NCBI GenBank assembly: GCA_963837175.1
Contig: CAWIMJ010000047.1
Location: 88,619 to 152,618 of the forward strand
Source of the DNA: an uncultured Nitrososphaeraceae archaeon
GTDB taxonomy: Archaea > Thermoproteota > Nitrososphaeria > Nitrososphaerales > Nitrososphaeraceae
Direction: 5' to 3'
DNA length: 64,000 bases
The notes beneath the pieces were generated by a model. That model saw only the letters and a program-made list of their open reading frames with translations, searched no databases and had not been told where the DNA came from. How positions within the stretch are numbered: position 1 is the stretch's first letter; the number at the start of each line of letters is the position of its first letter. The position numbers and the translations under genes are program-made. Of this stretch, positions 52,963-64,000 are shown piece by piece.

Positions 52963-53610
52963 TTAATATAGTGATGCCTCATTCTTTCGGGATTCGACAG
53001 TGCTAGTTGGAAGGTCAGGAAACTTGTCTTTCATATTTTGCTCAACTATTGCGCTTGCCTCTTCTATGATCTTCATCGAATCTTCATTCAATGCAGTAGA
53101 TCCTGTTATTTCAGCTGTTGGGATCTGACCTGAATCTGCCATAATGCTTCCAAGTAAATCAGAAATCTGTCCAAATGACTGGTCTGCTTCTGGCATCATT
53201 GATGAAAGTCCTCCTTGTATTCCCTTTATTACTGACATGGCCGGACTAAGCGTTATTACAACATCACCTAGTTCTGTGATTGTGTTCAATCGTAATTGTA
53301 TTTGTTCCAAAGCCAATTTAGCTGAGCTTATCATTTTATTCATCTTTCGAATCTGAGATAGCTCGTTAGACAAAATTTTGGCATATTGACTATCATGATT
53401 TTGCATCGCATGAACTACCCGTTTAAAAATTAGGTGATCTTTTTCATCCATCTTAGAAGATATCGAATCCAATTTTGAAATTTGCATCTGTAACTTTTTC
53501 TGTGCTTCTTCTATCCTTGGTTTTAAGGGAGCTTGTGGTTTAATTCCTTCTAATAATTTATTACTAACACTTTCAGTTTGTGGCTTTATCCACTTACTAC
53601 CAAATGACAT
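52963..53610 (-). CDS. ESCRT-III/Snf7-family (CdvB-like) protein; start probably ATG 53610
   Basis: Coiled-coil 'ELSQIRKM...KLALEQIQLRLNTITELGDVVITLSPAM' and C-terminal 'KFPDLP'. Confidence 0.9.
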   Translation of the reverse strand: MSFGSKWIKPQTESVSNKLLEGIKPQAPLKPRIEEAQKKLQMQISKLDSISSKMDEKDHLIFKRVVHAMQNHDSQYAKILSNELSQIRKMNKMISSAKLALEQIQLRLNTITELGDVVITLSPAMSVIKGIQGGLSSMMPEADQSFGQISDLLGSIMADSGQIPTAEITGSTALNEDSMKIIEEASAIVEQNMKDKFPDLPTSTVESRKNEASLY

Positions 53611-53749
53611 TTGATTACATGCCTCCAATGTAAACAATTGTTAATGGAATAAAAGTCGCACTGTACCATTCAGTTATGTAACGAGGGTAACAGCAGATGA
53701 CGGTTACAGACTAGCACCTAGCACATATCGAAAATAACGCAATGCCGCT

Positions 53750-54706
53750 TCAGTGAGGTGTAACAGGAAAAGATCCACAGGTCCTACAAAACCTACCTTT
53801 CCATTTAAAACAGCAACTACATTTAGGACATCGAGCTAATGAACATTCTTCATTTTTAGGAGGAGAAAAATAGGTCCTAAAAATTTTGTAATAATAAAGT
53901 TGTTCTTTGTCATTTATAATTACTCCTTCAGATAATGCTTTTGTTATATCCTCTTTATATGATAAATCATCTAATTTCTTCACAAGAAGGTTTCGAATAT
54001 TTATGATGCCAGCTCCTTCCTCCTGGGCTAGTTTAGTTCTCCATACTATCTTAGCGCCTAGCTCCTCTTCAAAACACTTCCTCAAAACAAATTTGCCCCA
54101 TAAATTATTTTCATGCTTTCCTACCATTTTATCAATATCAATAGATTTGCAGTAATACATGAATTTCTTATCTAGGAAGGGTGTCTTAACATCTATGCCG
54201 ACTTCACTTCCAATTAGGCTTGATGAAAAATGCATCGTTTCCCAAAGTCTTTGCAACTGCGCTTTTAGTGCTTGCATATTATGGAAATATCGCTTGAGAT
54301 AATTGTAGCCAGCAAATAGTTCATCACCTCCGTCGCCCGTCATTATTCTTGAAATTCCTTCTTCTCTTACCTTAATTAATCCAGCATACATAACACTGGA
54401 ATTTCTAATCTCAATGGGATCGAATGTCTTGAAGAGATAAATTATTTTATTAATAATACTGAGTAATTCGTAATCTGTTAAAATTATTTCTGTATGTTTT
54501 TTGCTATATTTTGTTGCCACTAGCCTAGCGAAGCTTAGATCCGGTGAATCTCTTCCGAAACCGATCGTCCAACTGTATGTTGGATTCACCATGCTTGCCA
54601 GAATACTGCTATCTAATCCTCCTGATAGCAATAAGCCATCAGCGTTGTTTCTCTTAATGCTCTCACATAATTCTGACATTAGCCTATTGCAATCATTTTC
54701 GACCAA
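53750..54706 (-). CDS. Asparagine-synthase C-terminal-domain protein with C-terminal Zn ribbon
   Basis: LLSGGLDSS, TGDGGDELFAGY, PFLD, K..LR, CPKC...CRTCG; no N-terminal glutaminase domain. Confidence 0.85.
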   Translation of the reverse strand: MVENDCNRLMSELCESIKRNNADGLLLSGGLDSSILASMVNPTYSWTIGFGRDSPDLSFARLVATKYSKKHTEIILTDYELLSIINKIIYLFKTFDPIEIRNSSVMYAGLIKVREEGISRIMTGDGGDELFAGYNYLKRYFHNMQALKAQLQRLWETMHFSSSLIGSEVGIDVKTPFLDKKFMYYCKSIDIDKMVGKHENNLWGKFVLRKCFEEELGAKIVWRTKLAQEEGAGIINIRNLLVKKLDDLSYKEDITKALSEGVIINDKEQLYYYKIFRTYFSPPKNEECSLARCPKCSCCFKWKGRFCRTCGSFPVTPH

Positions 54707-55430
54707 TTATTTTATGATAGTATAATACGTATTTTTGCTTTTTTCATTTAGGTAATATGAATGCACTCTACAATGAACAGATTATTCAACAAGAATTCTC
54801 GTAGAAGCAAGAACAAACAGATTATATATTTATTCATTTTAGTGGTACCATTAATAATCGACTGATATCAAATTAACGATATATGGAATTCAAACTACTG
54901 CAGTAACCGAGATAAATATCAAATGTATATAGTTAAAAATCAGCACGTTTAGAGAGTTGACACAATTATAACACATGAGTTCAATGTGCTTTTTTATAGT
55001 TCATTTTTTAGAGTGTCTTTTTATCTTTGAGAAAATTATTTAATGGCTGTTCTTTCAAGCAATTTTAAGGTCCTGATCGTCAGGACATATAGCTGATGTC
55101 ATTGATTCTTTTACCCAAAGCCAAATCCTATTATCTATTCAATATTCATAAAATAGTTTGCAGTTTTTTATCTTATGCTTTAGATTGTAGAGTCAGCGAT
55201 CGCTATTTTAAAATGAGTTTTCCATTTAAATAGCAACTATTTATTTCAGATTTCGAGTTTAGAAAGATCGCATATTCTGATCTAATTATACATAGTTTCA
55301 AATTCGGAAGATACGTGATAATTATCGTCAAAATAAGTCCCATTAACTTGGGTTGATACGAACTATTACTTTATAACAAATGACGTTCTTTGGGAAGTTT
55401 TTTAAACATCTCATACGACTAGAAATCTGA

Positions 55431-55697
55431 ATGATAAAAGAGAAGATCAAAGTTAACAGTCACACTTATAATGTGACTCTAAATGAGCAGACTCAGATGT
55501 ATGCCATGCGGCTAAGAACATTATACCAACAGAGCTATAGCGACGTTGACAGTTTTGATGAAGTTAGTACCGAAATATCGACAACAGTAAACAATCTATT
55601 AAAACATGCTTTATCTCCTGAAGTTAAAGAGGATGATATGGATGGAGTAGTACAAAAAGTACTAAAGATGCTTGAGAAACCCTCACAAAGAAAGTAA
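55431..55697 (+). CDS. Conserved hypothetical protein
   Basis: 88-aa ORF with TATA-like 'tttttaaa' about 25 nt upstream. Confidence 0.65.
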   Translation: MIKEKIKVNSHTYNVTLNEQTQMYAMRLRTLYQQSYSDVDSFDEVSTEISTTVNNLLKHALSPEVKEDDMDGVVQKVLKMLEKPSQRK

Positions 55698-55902
55698 TTT
55701 TTATATGTGATGTCGCAATGTATAGAAAAAACATCCTCAGTGAATAGTATTACTGTTTAAGGGCTTCCAATACTAGCACTAAAGAATACAGCAGCTCACT
55801 AAAAAATTGGACAATATACCATGGCTAGTTGCATATTGATTCATAATACTCTCGCAGCGACCTATAAAAAGGTCTAAATAACAATTTAGAGGAATTTTAT
55901 AT

Positions 55903-57243
55903 ATGCCTTCACAGGTTTTCAAAAAATGTATGAATTTAACATGCGGTTTGGTTTATGAGGTCAATAATGATACATATAGATGTACCTGTGGATCTCTTCT
56001 TGATATAAAATATCTTAAACGTCCATCGAAGAATCTTATCGATGTCTTTTACGAACGAAGAAATCATGGAGGAAATATATATAATGAAAGTGGCGTTTGG
56101 CGTTTTCGTGACTTGATAAATTTTTCTGCTATTGATACAGAGGATTTAGATCAATGTGCAAGGGTGCTTGTTTCCTTGGATGGTGCAGAAGGAAGGTTAT
56201 CAAGACCATATCAAATGAGTAAGGTCGCTGATTATGTAAATATGAAACACAATTCTTTTCTGTTGCAACCAGAGGGATATAATCCTAGCGGGTCTTTCAA
56301 AGACAATGGCATGTCCACAGCTATTACTCATGCCAAAATGCTCAAAGTCGAGAAATTGATTTGTGCTTCTACAGGAAATACATCTGCTTCTGCGGCGATG
56401 TATGCAGCAAATGAGGGTATGGATTGTGATGTTTACATTCCAAAGGGAGAAGTCGCTCCAGGAAAATTGGGTCAAGCATTTCAATTCGGAGCTCAAGTAA
56501 TACAGGTTGATGGTAATTTTGACGATGCACTATCTGTCTCTTTAAAAAATGCAAAGGATTTCTCAGGATACACAGTCAATTCTGTAAATCCATTCCGTCT
56601 GGAAGGACAAAAGACAATTGTTTATAGAGTAATGGAATATTTGAATTGGAATCCTCCAGATTGGATTGTTTATCCTGGTGGAGCGCTGGGCAATACATCC
56701 AGTTGTGGTAACGCTCTTATGGAATTGTATGACTGGGGTTGGATTAAAAAAATCCCTCGTATAGCAATAGTAAATTCTGAAGGTGCAAATGTGTTCTATG
56801 AGCTGATAAATGGTATCTTTGATAACAAGAAGCTTAATTGGAATAATGGAAGGCCTGATTTGGAGTTGATTGAACGGTATTATGCTTTAAAATATAGACA
56901 AGGCGGTTTTCCAAAAACTCAGGCTACTGCAATTCAGATTGGAAAGCCTGCCAATATTGTGAAGGCTTTACGAGCCATTCACTTCACTAATGGTGTGGTT
57001 ATACAAGTTAATGATAAAGAGATGAGTGACGGAATGTCAGTTGTTGGATTGAATGGTTTTGACTGTGAGATGGCATCCGGTGCTGTTCCAGCAGGCGTCC
57101 GCAAGCTTCGACATGAAGGTATAATTAATAACGATGATATTGTTGTTGGAATACTTACGGGACGACAAAAAGATCCTCAGTTAGTAGTAACTTATCATAC
57201 AAATTCAACCAATATATTTGCAAGGCCTCCAAAGAACAACTGA
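55903..57243 (+). CDS. thrC: Threonine synthase
   Basis: NPSGSFKD (PLP lysine), CASTGNTSAS, NSVNPFRLEGQKT. Confidence 0.93.
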   Translation: MPSQVFKKCMNLTCGLVYEVNNDTYRCTCGSLLDIKYLKRPSKNLIDVFYERRNHGGNIYNESGVWRFRDLINFSAIDTEDLDQCARVLVSLDGAEGRLSRPYQMSKVADYVNMKHNSFLLQPEGYNPSGSFKDNGMSTAITHAKMLKVEKLICASTGNTSASAAMYAANEGMDCDVYIPKGEVAPGKLGQAFQFGAQVIQVDGNFDDALSVSLKNAKDFSGYTVNSVNPFRLEGQKTIVYRVMEYLNWNPPDWIVYPGGALGNTSSCGNALMELYDWGWIKKIPRIAIVNSEGANVFYELINGIFDNKKLNWNNGRPDLELIERYYALKYRQGGFPKTQATAIQIGKPANIVKALRAIHFTNGVVIQVNDKEMSDGMSVVGLNGFDCEMASGAVPAGVRKLRHEGIINNDDIVVGILTGRQKDPQLVVTYHTNSTNIFARPPKNN

Positions 57244-57680
57244 GAGAAGGAAATTTGCTTCAAATCGACTATTCTGACTATTTAGATGATAAAAATATTA
57301 TTAATAGTGTGGTTGACAATAACTATCAATTCTCTAAACACAGATAAGTTTTAAGGCACAAATAAAATTGAAGATTTTGTTAACAGGATTTAGAAATAGA
57401 AAACTCTTATTTAATCATTAAAAAAATTGTACAATATTGCCATCAGATTTGTATAATTAATTGCAAGCAGAGTGCATCGGAGTGATGAGGAAGCACGTAT
57501 AAAAATGCGGATAATATTATTTATCATAAATAAACTAATATTTATTATACATTATGAAGTGATCTGGTTGTTTTATTTAATGTTTGGGAAATTATGCAGA
57601 AGTAGAGGATAAAGTTGTTTTTATGTGATAGACTAATTGGATCACATCCATTGAGTGCTATGAAATTCTGTAGTCATCTA

Positions 57681-59090
57681 TCAATTACGTCGATTCATTA
57701 GGCAAATAATAGCAATGTCATTTACGTTAGTCCCTGTGTTTCCAGTAAGTAACAATGAATCTATCTTTTTCAAAGCATTGTAGCTATTGTGCTCATTAAG
57801 GTATTTTTTTATATTTATGCCCTTTTTTCGAATTAAATAAATTGTTTTTGGAGTCAGAAATGCCCCCGCTGCTTTTGAATTACCATCTATTCCATCTGTT
57901 CCCATAGAGAGTATTGTAATATCATCTCTTTGCTGAAACCTGCACTTTGCTGCAGCTGACAAAATTGCTTCTTGATTTCTTCCTCCTGTGCCGTTCTTTC
58001 TGTTCTTATTTAATTTCACGGTTGTTTCACCTCCAAGTACTAATGCAATTGGAAGCGACGAAATAGCAAAGTCATTCGCCAATTTCTCCAGCATCCTTCC
58101 GAAATAGATCGCTTGACCTCCGAAAGAGGAGCCAAGATAAATTGCTTGGATCTTATTTTTTCTTAGGGATTGAACGGCTTTATTGCAAGCAATAGTATTA
58201 TTACCTATCAAGAAATTATATACTTTATCGAAGAGAGAATTTCCAGGTTTTGGAGTTTCAGCGATATATCCTTCACTACCATTCTTTATTATTGAACGAA
58301 GCGATGATTTTTCTAGTGTTTTATTTTCAAAGATATGATATTTTTGTAATATGAATGCCGCATCCTTAAAGGTGGAAACGTCAGGCACTGTTGGACCGGA
58401 GGCAACACTCTCTATGTTGTCTCCTATGACGTCCGATAATATTAAGGAAATTATAGTACAACCTCTTTTGACGAATCTTACAAGTTGTCCCCCCTTGATT
58501 AATGACAGATGTTTACGAACTACATTAATTTCCTCAATAGCAGCTCCTGCAGACAACATTTCACATGTAATTTTTTTCTTTTCCTCAAGTTTGAGACTGC
58601 CAAGAGGAAATGGCAAAAGTGCAGATCCTCCACCTGAAATTAGCACAAAGACTAAATCAGATTCCTGGGTATTTTTTAGGATATCAATAATTTTTTTTGT
58701 ACCTTCAACACCGGCTTCGTTAGGTATAGGGTGGTTAGCTTCAGTTATGGATATGGACTCAAGGCGAATTTTGTTACCATAAGGAACGTTTATTGCTCCA
58801 TTAGTAATTTTTCCTTTTAAAATGTGAGAAACGGCTTTTGCCATTTTGGCCGTTCCCTTACCTGCTCCGACTACAAAAATGGATTTAAAACAGTCTAAAT
58901 CAAATTCCTGTTTATTACCGCGAATATCAGTTAATAATAGCTCTGAACAATTTCTTCTCACTGCTCTTCTTATAAGCAAATCAGGCTGCACTGAGCTGAT
59001 TGCTGATTCTAAGGCAGAGAGTGCATACTTCAGAGAATTATAATCCTGATGCTTATTTTCTAATGACGGTCTATTGGTAATAATTGCCAA
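57681..59090 (-). CDS. Glycerate 2-kinase (GckA/MOFRL family)
   Basis: GAGKG, ISGGGSALL, SDVIGD, GGETTV, GGRNQE, GTDGIDG, TGTNVND. Confidence 0.93.
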   Translation of the reverse strand: MAIITNRPSLENKHQDYNSLKYALSALESAISSVQPDLLIRRAVRRNCSELLLTDIRGNKQEFDLDCFKSIFVVGAGKGTAKMAKAVSHILKGKITNGAINVPYGNKIRLESISITEANHPIPNEAGVEGTKKIIDILKNTQESDLVFVLISGGGSALLPFPLGSLKLEEKKKITCEMLSAGAAIEEINVVRKHLSLIKGGQLVRFVKRGCTIISLILSDVIGDNIESVASGPTVPDVSTFKDAAFILQKYHIFENKTLEKSSLRSIIKNGSEGYIAETPKPGNSLFDKVYNFLIGNNTIACNKAVQSLRKNKIQAIYLGSSFGGQAIYFGRMLEKLANDFAISSLPIALVLGGETTVKLNKNRKNGTGGRNQEAILSAAAKCRFQQRDDITILSMGTDGIDGNSKAAGAFLTPKTIYLIRKKGINIKKYLNEHNSYNALKKIDSLLLTGNTGTNVNDIAIICLMNRRN

Positions 59091-59730
59091 TATAAACTAT
59101 TATTAAAAATTATAATTAATCCTTATCTAGACTATTTTTTAGGTTTTATAAGTCATACTACAATTTCTATCTAGTGATTTCTAACAGAAGATAGCCTTAT
59201 CATGTAATGTCATCGAATGATTGTTTCAGAACAGGCATTCGGAAGACTGATTTATTTATTATATTATTATCAAATTCTTCTATATCTTAATTTAAAATAC
59301 GGTCTTTTTTAGATTATCTAAAAATATAATGTTATCTACATGAATCGAAGATGGTCGATTGAATGGTTGAAATAGTGAGGTGTTAATATTGCACAAATGA
59401 AAAAATTTTTGTTTTGATGCTATTACAAAATCGACTTGCTATTAATATTTAAAATAATTGTGTGCCTTATATTTTGTTTATTGATCAAGTGAAGTGAATG
59501 AAATTTTTTAAAGAAAAGTTTGGTAAGTATATTGACTTTTAACTAATTTGTTGCACTGGTATTAAGAGACAAAAGAAAATTTTTACTTCCTAGCAATATA
59601 TAGTAATAATTTTAAATTTTATTCATAATATACAATTTCTTCTATCAGAAGAACATAAATGTCACTAATATTTTTATGACAATCTTAATCTTATGAGATA
59701 GAAGTTATAGTGTTGTTACTTGTGGTATAA

Positions 59731-60093
59731 ATGGTCGCAGATTTGAGACTCAAGGGCATGGTAGGAAAAAGAGGATTAATGTTCGTATCCTATTATGGGA
59801 AATCTCGGGCATTTATAGCAAATTACAGCTCATGGCACGTATATCATAATGAGGGTAGAATCGCAGAAATTGCCTCTTCATTAATTAGTCATGAAGCATT
59901 GCATCTGGTAATAAATAAATTCTCTTTAACAGCTTCTGCGAAATTAGATAATCTATTCGGCAAGTCAAACACATGGGAGAACTATCCACATGGATTAGGC
60001 GACCTTGATAGAGTTAATGCTACCGTTCCACCCCTTTGTAAAAGTGGGCAGAAAATCCAGCAGCACATAAAAAGAAGACGTATAAAACATTAA
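59731..60093 (+). CDS. Hypothetical protein with HExxH motif
   Basis: 'LISHEALHLVI'; basic C-terminal tail. Confidence 0.55.
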   Translation: MVADLRLKGMVGKRGLMFVSYYGKSRAFIANYSSWHVYHNEGRIAEIASSLISHEALHLVINKFSLTASAKLDNLFGKSNTWENYPHGLGDLDRVNATVPPLCKSGQKIQQHIKRRRIKH

Positions 60094-60141
60094 TTCTCTC
60101 TTGATGCAATATATAAATTATATATAAGATAAATCCAGTCT

Positions 60142-60567
60142 ATGTTTAAATTATTTACACCTCGAGATGCAAACAAGGTTCTGCCTGACATCAAACGCCG
60201 TTTCAATACTATTTTAATCCAAAAAAATCAAATTGCTAAATTACAACAGGAATTGCAGAGATTAATTGAATCAGATTCGTCATATGAGCCTTTCATTAAA
60301 AAGAAACAAACTCTAAATGTTGCTCTTTCTAATCTTTACAAAGCAATCGAACAATTGGAAAATACAGGAGTGATAATAAAGAGCCTTGATGAAGGATTAT
60401 TAGATTTTCCCTCAATGAGATTTGATGATGAAGTATGGCTATGCTGGAGAGATGGAGAGCCAGAAATCAAGTTCTGGCATTCAAAGCAAGAAGGGTTCAT
60501 GGGAAGAAAACCTTTAGCGCCCACAGGGGTTCATAGTGAAGAAAATGATCTGGCTGATATGAGATAG
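60142..60567 (+). CDS. DUF2203 family protein
   Basis: FT..DAN..LP, K.LDEGLLDFPS, LCWRDGE..I.FWH....GFMGRKP. Confidence 0.88.
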   Translation: MFKLFTPRDANKVLPDIKRRFNTILIQKNQIAKLQQELQRLIESDSSYEPFIKKKQTLNVALSNLYKAIEQLENTGVIIKSLDEGLLDFPSMRFDDEVWLCWRDGEPEIKFWHSKQEGFMGRKPLAPTGVHSEENDLADMR

Positions 60568-60714
60568 CTTTCATAATCAGATCTTGACACCGTTACTTTT
60601 TCTCCATAGGCCAAGGTAAAGATAGGTTAATTCAGAGCACTAGCAACCTTTGTTAGAATTAACTAGAAAATATTTAAGATTTCTTATTTTATAGGTTAAT
60701 GAAGATCTTGACGA

Positions 60715-61656
60715 TCATATAAAAATAAGATCCGAGCTGATCTTTAGCAATTGTTTATTACACAAGAAAAAACACTCCTTTAATCCATCTCGTTTCGCTA
60801 ACTTAAGCAGGAGCATTTGTATTAGGAAAATAGACTTCAATAGAGCTTCTATCAGACTGAGACACCTAAGATCTATATATAGCGACGAATAATTAATTCG
60901 ATTAAGTCTTTCGAATAAAAGCCTAGCATTCTTTTTGTCATAGCCAAAGTTGTCTAATATTACTATATTATCTCCTGGTTTGATACCAAATATTGGAGAA
61001 TGACAAAATTCTTCAATTGAATACGCATAGGATTTGGAACCAAAAATCTCATTGACTTTTAATGCACCATACATTGCGATGGGAAATAGGATGCCTTCGC
61101 CAAGAAATATAAAAGAAGATGTATCTATGGAATGCTTCTTTATCAAGTTCTCAGCCTCTATATTTGCTTGCCGATAAAGGGTAACTATGTTATCAAGGTC
61201 TGGCATATCAGTTATTAATGAAAGACAGCTCAACATGGTTGAAGTAAAACCTATAGTTCCTGACGTTAGAGAGCCTGTAGACTTGTAACCAAGTTTGATA
61301 CAGTTATTACAATATTTTGCAAGAGTGCTGTCTGATTTAGTGGTTATAGCTGTTGTTGTTATTTTATGCTTTCGGGCGACTACCGCAGACAATACGTTTG
61401 CATTTGTTCGTCCAGAAACCGATATGATGTACATGTGCCGCTTATCTGCAATGCAGGGATTTAAGAGAAATTCTACTGGATTACAACTTATTGCTCTTCG
61501 CTTAGAAGCATATTGAGCCACCAACCCAGCAATAAAAGAATCACCTGATCCAATGAACAAGCAACAATCAGGATTAATTTTATTTGGTTGAATCAATTTT
61601 GGCAGTGCTTGTACTTGATAGGCGATTTCTAGTTCCATTGCGTCAATAGAATTCAT
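60715..61656 (-). CDS. SIS-domain sugar-phosphate isomerase-like protein
   Basis: GSGDS, ISVSGRT, ALKVNE, EEFCHSP. Confidence 0.85.
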   Translation of the reverse strand: MNSIDAMELEIAYQVQALPKLIQPNKINPDCCLFIGSGDSFIAGLVAQYASKRRAISCNPVEFLLNPCIADKRHMYIISVSGRTNANVLSAVVARKHKITTTAITTKSDSTLAKYCNNCIKLGYKSTGSLTSGTIGFTSTMLSCLSLITDMPDLDNIVTLYRQANIEAENLIKKHSIDTSSFIFLGEGILFPIAMYGALKVNEIFGSKSYAYSIEEFCHSPIFGIKPGDNIVILDNFGYDKKNARLLFERLNRINYSSLYIDLRCLSLIEALLKSIFLIQMLLLKLAKRDGLKECFFLCNKQLLKISSDLIFI

Positions 61657-61748
61657 TAGTTAGTTCATTCTATGTTTTTATTTGTTATAACTTTAATTAT
61701 AAAGGTAGATTTAAAAATAAATGTTTACATGATTACTTAATAAGAAAA

Positions 61749-62180
61749 GTGTCCTCCACATATTATGATATATTGGGAATAAAGAAAACCGCTACCCAAG
61801 CAGAAATTAAACAATCTTTTCGTAAGTTAGCATTAAAATACCATCCTGACAAAAATAAGAATTCCGAAGAATCCAAAAAAAAATTCATGCAGATTGTTGA
61901 GGCATATGAGATCCTTTCTGACGAGATATCAAGGCAAACATACGACGACAATTCCTACTATAAATCATATGGGAGTGTCCAAAAAAGCCAATGGACACCC
62001 TCTGCGGATTTTGATCACGTCTATAGCTATGATGAAATTAAGCGAAAAAATACCCATGGTAACTTCTGCGGTGGTATGTGGGACATCAGTGAAAATGCAA
62101 GTGCTGGAATGTGGAAGGCTACAATAATATTGCTTACTTTCTTAGGAGTATTTGCTTTATTTATACTACTTCTAGGTTAG
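61749..62180 (+). CDS. J-domain protein with C-terminal TM helix
   Basis: YYDILG, KYHPDKN, AYEILSD; hydrophobic C-terminus. Confidence 0.9.
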   Translation: MSSTYYDILGIKKTATQAEIKQSFRKLALKYHPDKNKNSEESKKKFMQIVEAYEILSDEISRQTYDDNSYYKSYGSVQKSQWTPSADFDHVYSYDEIKRKNTHGNFCGGMWDISENASAGMWKATIILLTFLGVFALFILLLG

Positions 62181-62457
62181 CGCTCTTTATGTTCGTTATA
62201 TTCTCTTTGTAATCAAACATCATTATTATTTTTCCTAAATCTATGACTAAAAATCTCTCAAGTTCAAATTGGGAAGAGATTAATACGGCAGTTGAAAATA
62301 ATTTGACAAATATAAAAAAACTCACATAATTCCTTTGAACATAGCTGCAACCGAAAAAATTCACCTGTATTTCTAATAAGCCGTCAATCTTATTTCATGA
62401 TACTTAAAATAATAACAAAGCGTTCAGCATTTATAATTAATAATTAAGGAAAAGAAT

Positions 62458-62754
62458 TTAAACACCCAGAATCTGCTTTAACAATGCTCTATAATCTACC
62501 TTCTCTTTCGTACCGCCAGAAGAAGGAAGTTCAAAAATCAAAGGAATAGGTTTTTTTGCCCTTATGTCTGTAAGTTGACTCCTTATCTCTTTTCCTAGAT
62601 TATCGCTTAATAATATTAGACCAACATCATTGTTGCTACCTATTTTGTTAATTAATGTTAGTGCATCTGATGAAGAATCAGCTTTAATGCCTTGTACTCC
62701 TGCAAGCTGAAAACTAGTAATAAATACTCTACTTCCTATTGCAACTATTCGCAT
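62458..62754 (-). CDS. atpF: A/V-type ATP synthase subunit F (stand-alone)
   Basis: IVAIG...ITSFQLAGV, DVGLILL, PLIFELP, KQILGV. Confidence 0.88.
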   Translation of the reverse strand: MRIVAIGSRVFITSFQLAGVQGIKADSSSDALTLINKIGSNNDVGLILLSDNLGKEIRSQLTDIRAKKPIPLIFELPSSGGTKEKVDYRALLKQILGV

Positions 62755-63213
62755 CGTTCTCTATCTAATTTATTTTGTGATCCTTTTAATCTTTATGAGA
62801 AAAGTAGTGCTAATATCTGGACCTTTAAGATAAGTTGAAAAAGTGCTGATTTATAGCTTAGTCCCACATAATTTTATAATTTATAATAATATTGATAAAT
62901 CAACAAATAAGAAATTAAGTTTTAAACAAAAAGTGGCTGATACAAGTTATTTCCATCTAATGTGCAAATTCAATCTCCTACCTTTATCACATATTTTTCA
63001 TATTGACCTTTTCCTGGAAACTTTCGATTTCTTTTGATCGAAGGTCATAGGTAATCAAAATGACTTCAACAGAGCATATAAATATTTACTCATCTGTTAT
63101 TATATATTATTCACTCTACTCGTTAGCAGACAAAAATGGAACAAAAATATGTGATCTATGACAAGATAATTGTCCTATATGTATATCTTATACTAGCAAT
63201 CGATTTTATTCAT

Positions 63214-63888
63214 TTACATACGAATCATTTTATTATACATATCTGCAAACAAATTCAACCACTCAATTACATTTTCTAATTTACAATTATTTTCCCTGCA
63301 GGAAAAATAATCATCAAAACATTCGGTTCTATCTTTCAAATATTTGATAGTCCTTTCAATAATGCTTTTCTCATGATATGAGTGAATGTGTTGATGTCTT
63401 ATATTGAAGAATTTATTACAGGCTTGCGGATACCAAGTTCCTCTATCATCAGTTGATATAATGCTTTCCGTATTTATTTATCAATTCTTTCAAAGAAAAC
63501 TGTTATGCTACAAGCATAGTTCTTTTAAAAGAAATATGAGTATCAAGAATAAGGTTGTCTATTGGCTCAATTGCAGCCCAAAGCCACACATACATAATCA
63601 TTCCTGGCTGGCTTTAATCAGTCTTTCATCTATCTGTTATGAAATTCCTGTATTTTATTTCGTCTCTGCAATATCTTCTTCTTTGGCTTGTATTTTTGAA
63701 TACTATTCCAAACAGATACATGATTTCTTTTTATAATTAGAGATAAGTGTTGCGACTTCTTTCGAAGCGAAAGGCCTGATGAATAAAATTGTAAAGCATA
63801 ATAGACATACTTTATTTTATAGATGTTGTTCCATTCGCAAATACAATTATTACTTAAGCTATATCCTTACCTTCAAATGAACAGAGCC
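63214..63888 (-). mobile_element. Degenerate IS6-family element (transposase pseudogene with one terminal repeat)
   Basis: Minus-strand fragments SGLSLRK..KRNHVSVWNSIQKY, VWLWAAIEP, GTWYPQAC, EKSIIERTIKYLKDRTECFDDYF with stops and frameshifts; GGCTCTGTT end at 63888. Confidence 0.85.
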
Positions 63889-64000
63889 TAGCAAATCTAC
63901 TAAGACTGTAAATATAATGATATTTGATCTCTGTTTTATATGGATTTTAAATAACATCTGATGATTATCAATTAAAAAACCTCGACAAATTAATTTGTAT

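Noticed and set aside
57480-57560. GTGATGA C-box-like motif in an intergenic region
   Set aside because: No CTGA D box at a suitable distance.
62458-62754. atpF separated from the ATPase operon
   Set aside because: Dispersal of A-ATPase subunits is common in TACK archaea.
63404-63736. 110-aa plus-strand ORF
   Set aside because: Antisense shadow of the IS6 transposase pseudogene.

Overview
AT-rich archaeal chromosomal segment. Gene content and order point to a Nitrososphaerota (Thaumarchaeota) ammonia oxidiser, probably Nitrososphaeraceae: an ESCRT-III/CdvB paralogue, an r-protein operon lacking L2 and ending at L6, and tRNAs with non-canonical introns. Most of it is housekeeping: an ABC exporter with an S-layer-like partner, dph6-srp54-pus10, S24e/S27ae, argS, trmI, PINA, a purine cluster (purK/E/F/L/Q/S/C), proteasome alpha, the L3-L6 operon, a nucleotidyltransferase-LLM-thiolase-DUF35 operon, biotin genes bioD/A/B/F split by a serine recombinase, thrC, glycerate kinase and an orphan ATPase subunit F. 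There are three tRNAs (Arg-CCG and Asn-GTT with introns in the anticodon stem; an atypical Thr-TGT) and two decayed IS6-family elements. The most notable candidates are: (1) a HExxH protein coupled to a nucleotidyltransferase-pseudokinase fusion that is hidden by a 1-nt frameshift; (2) a tRNA-Thr(UGU) lacking the usual C2:G71 identity pair; (3) three genes that appear to need CTG or ATA starts; (4) a resolvase with a res-like site inside the biotin cluster. All calls come from reading the sequence; no searches were run.
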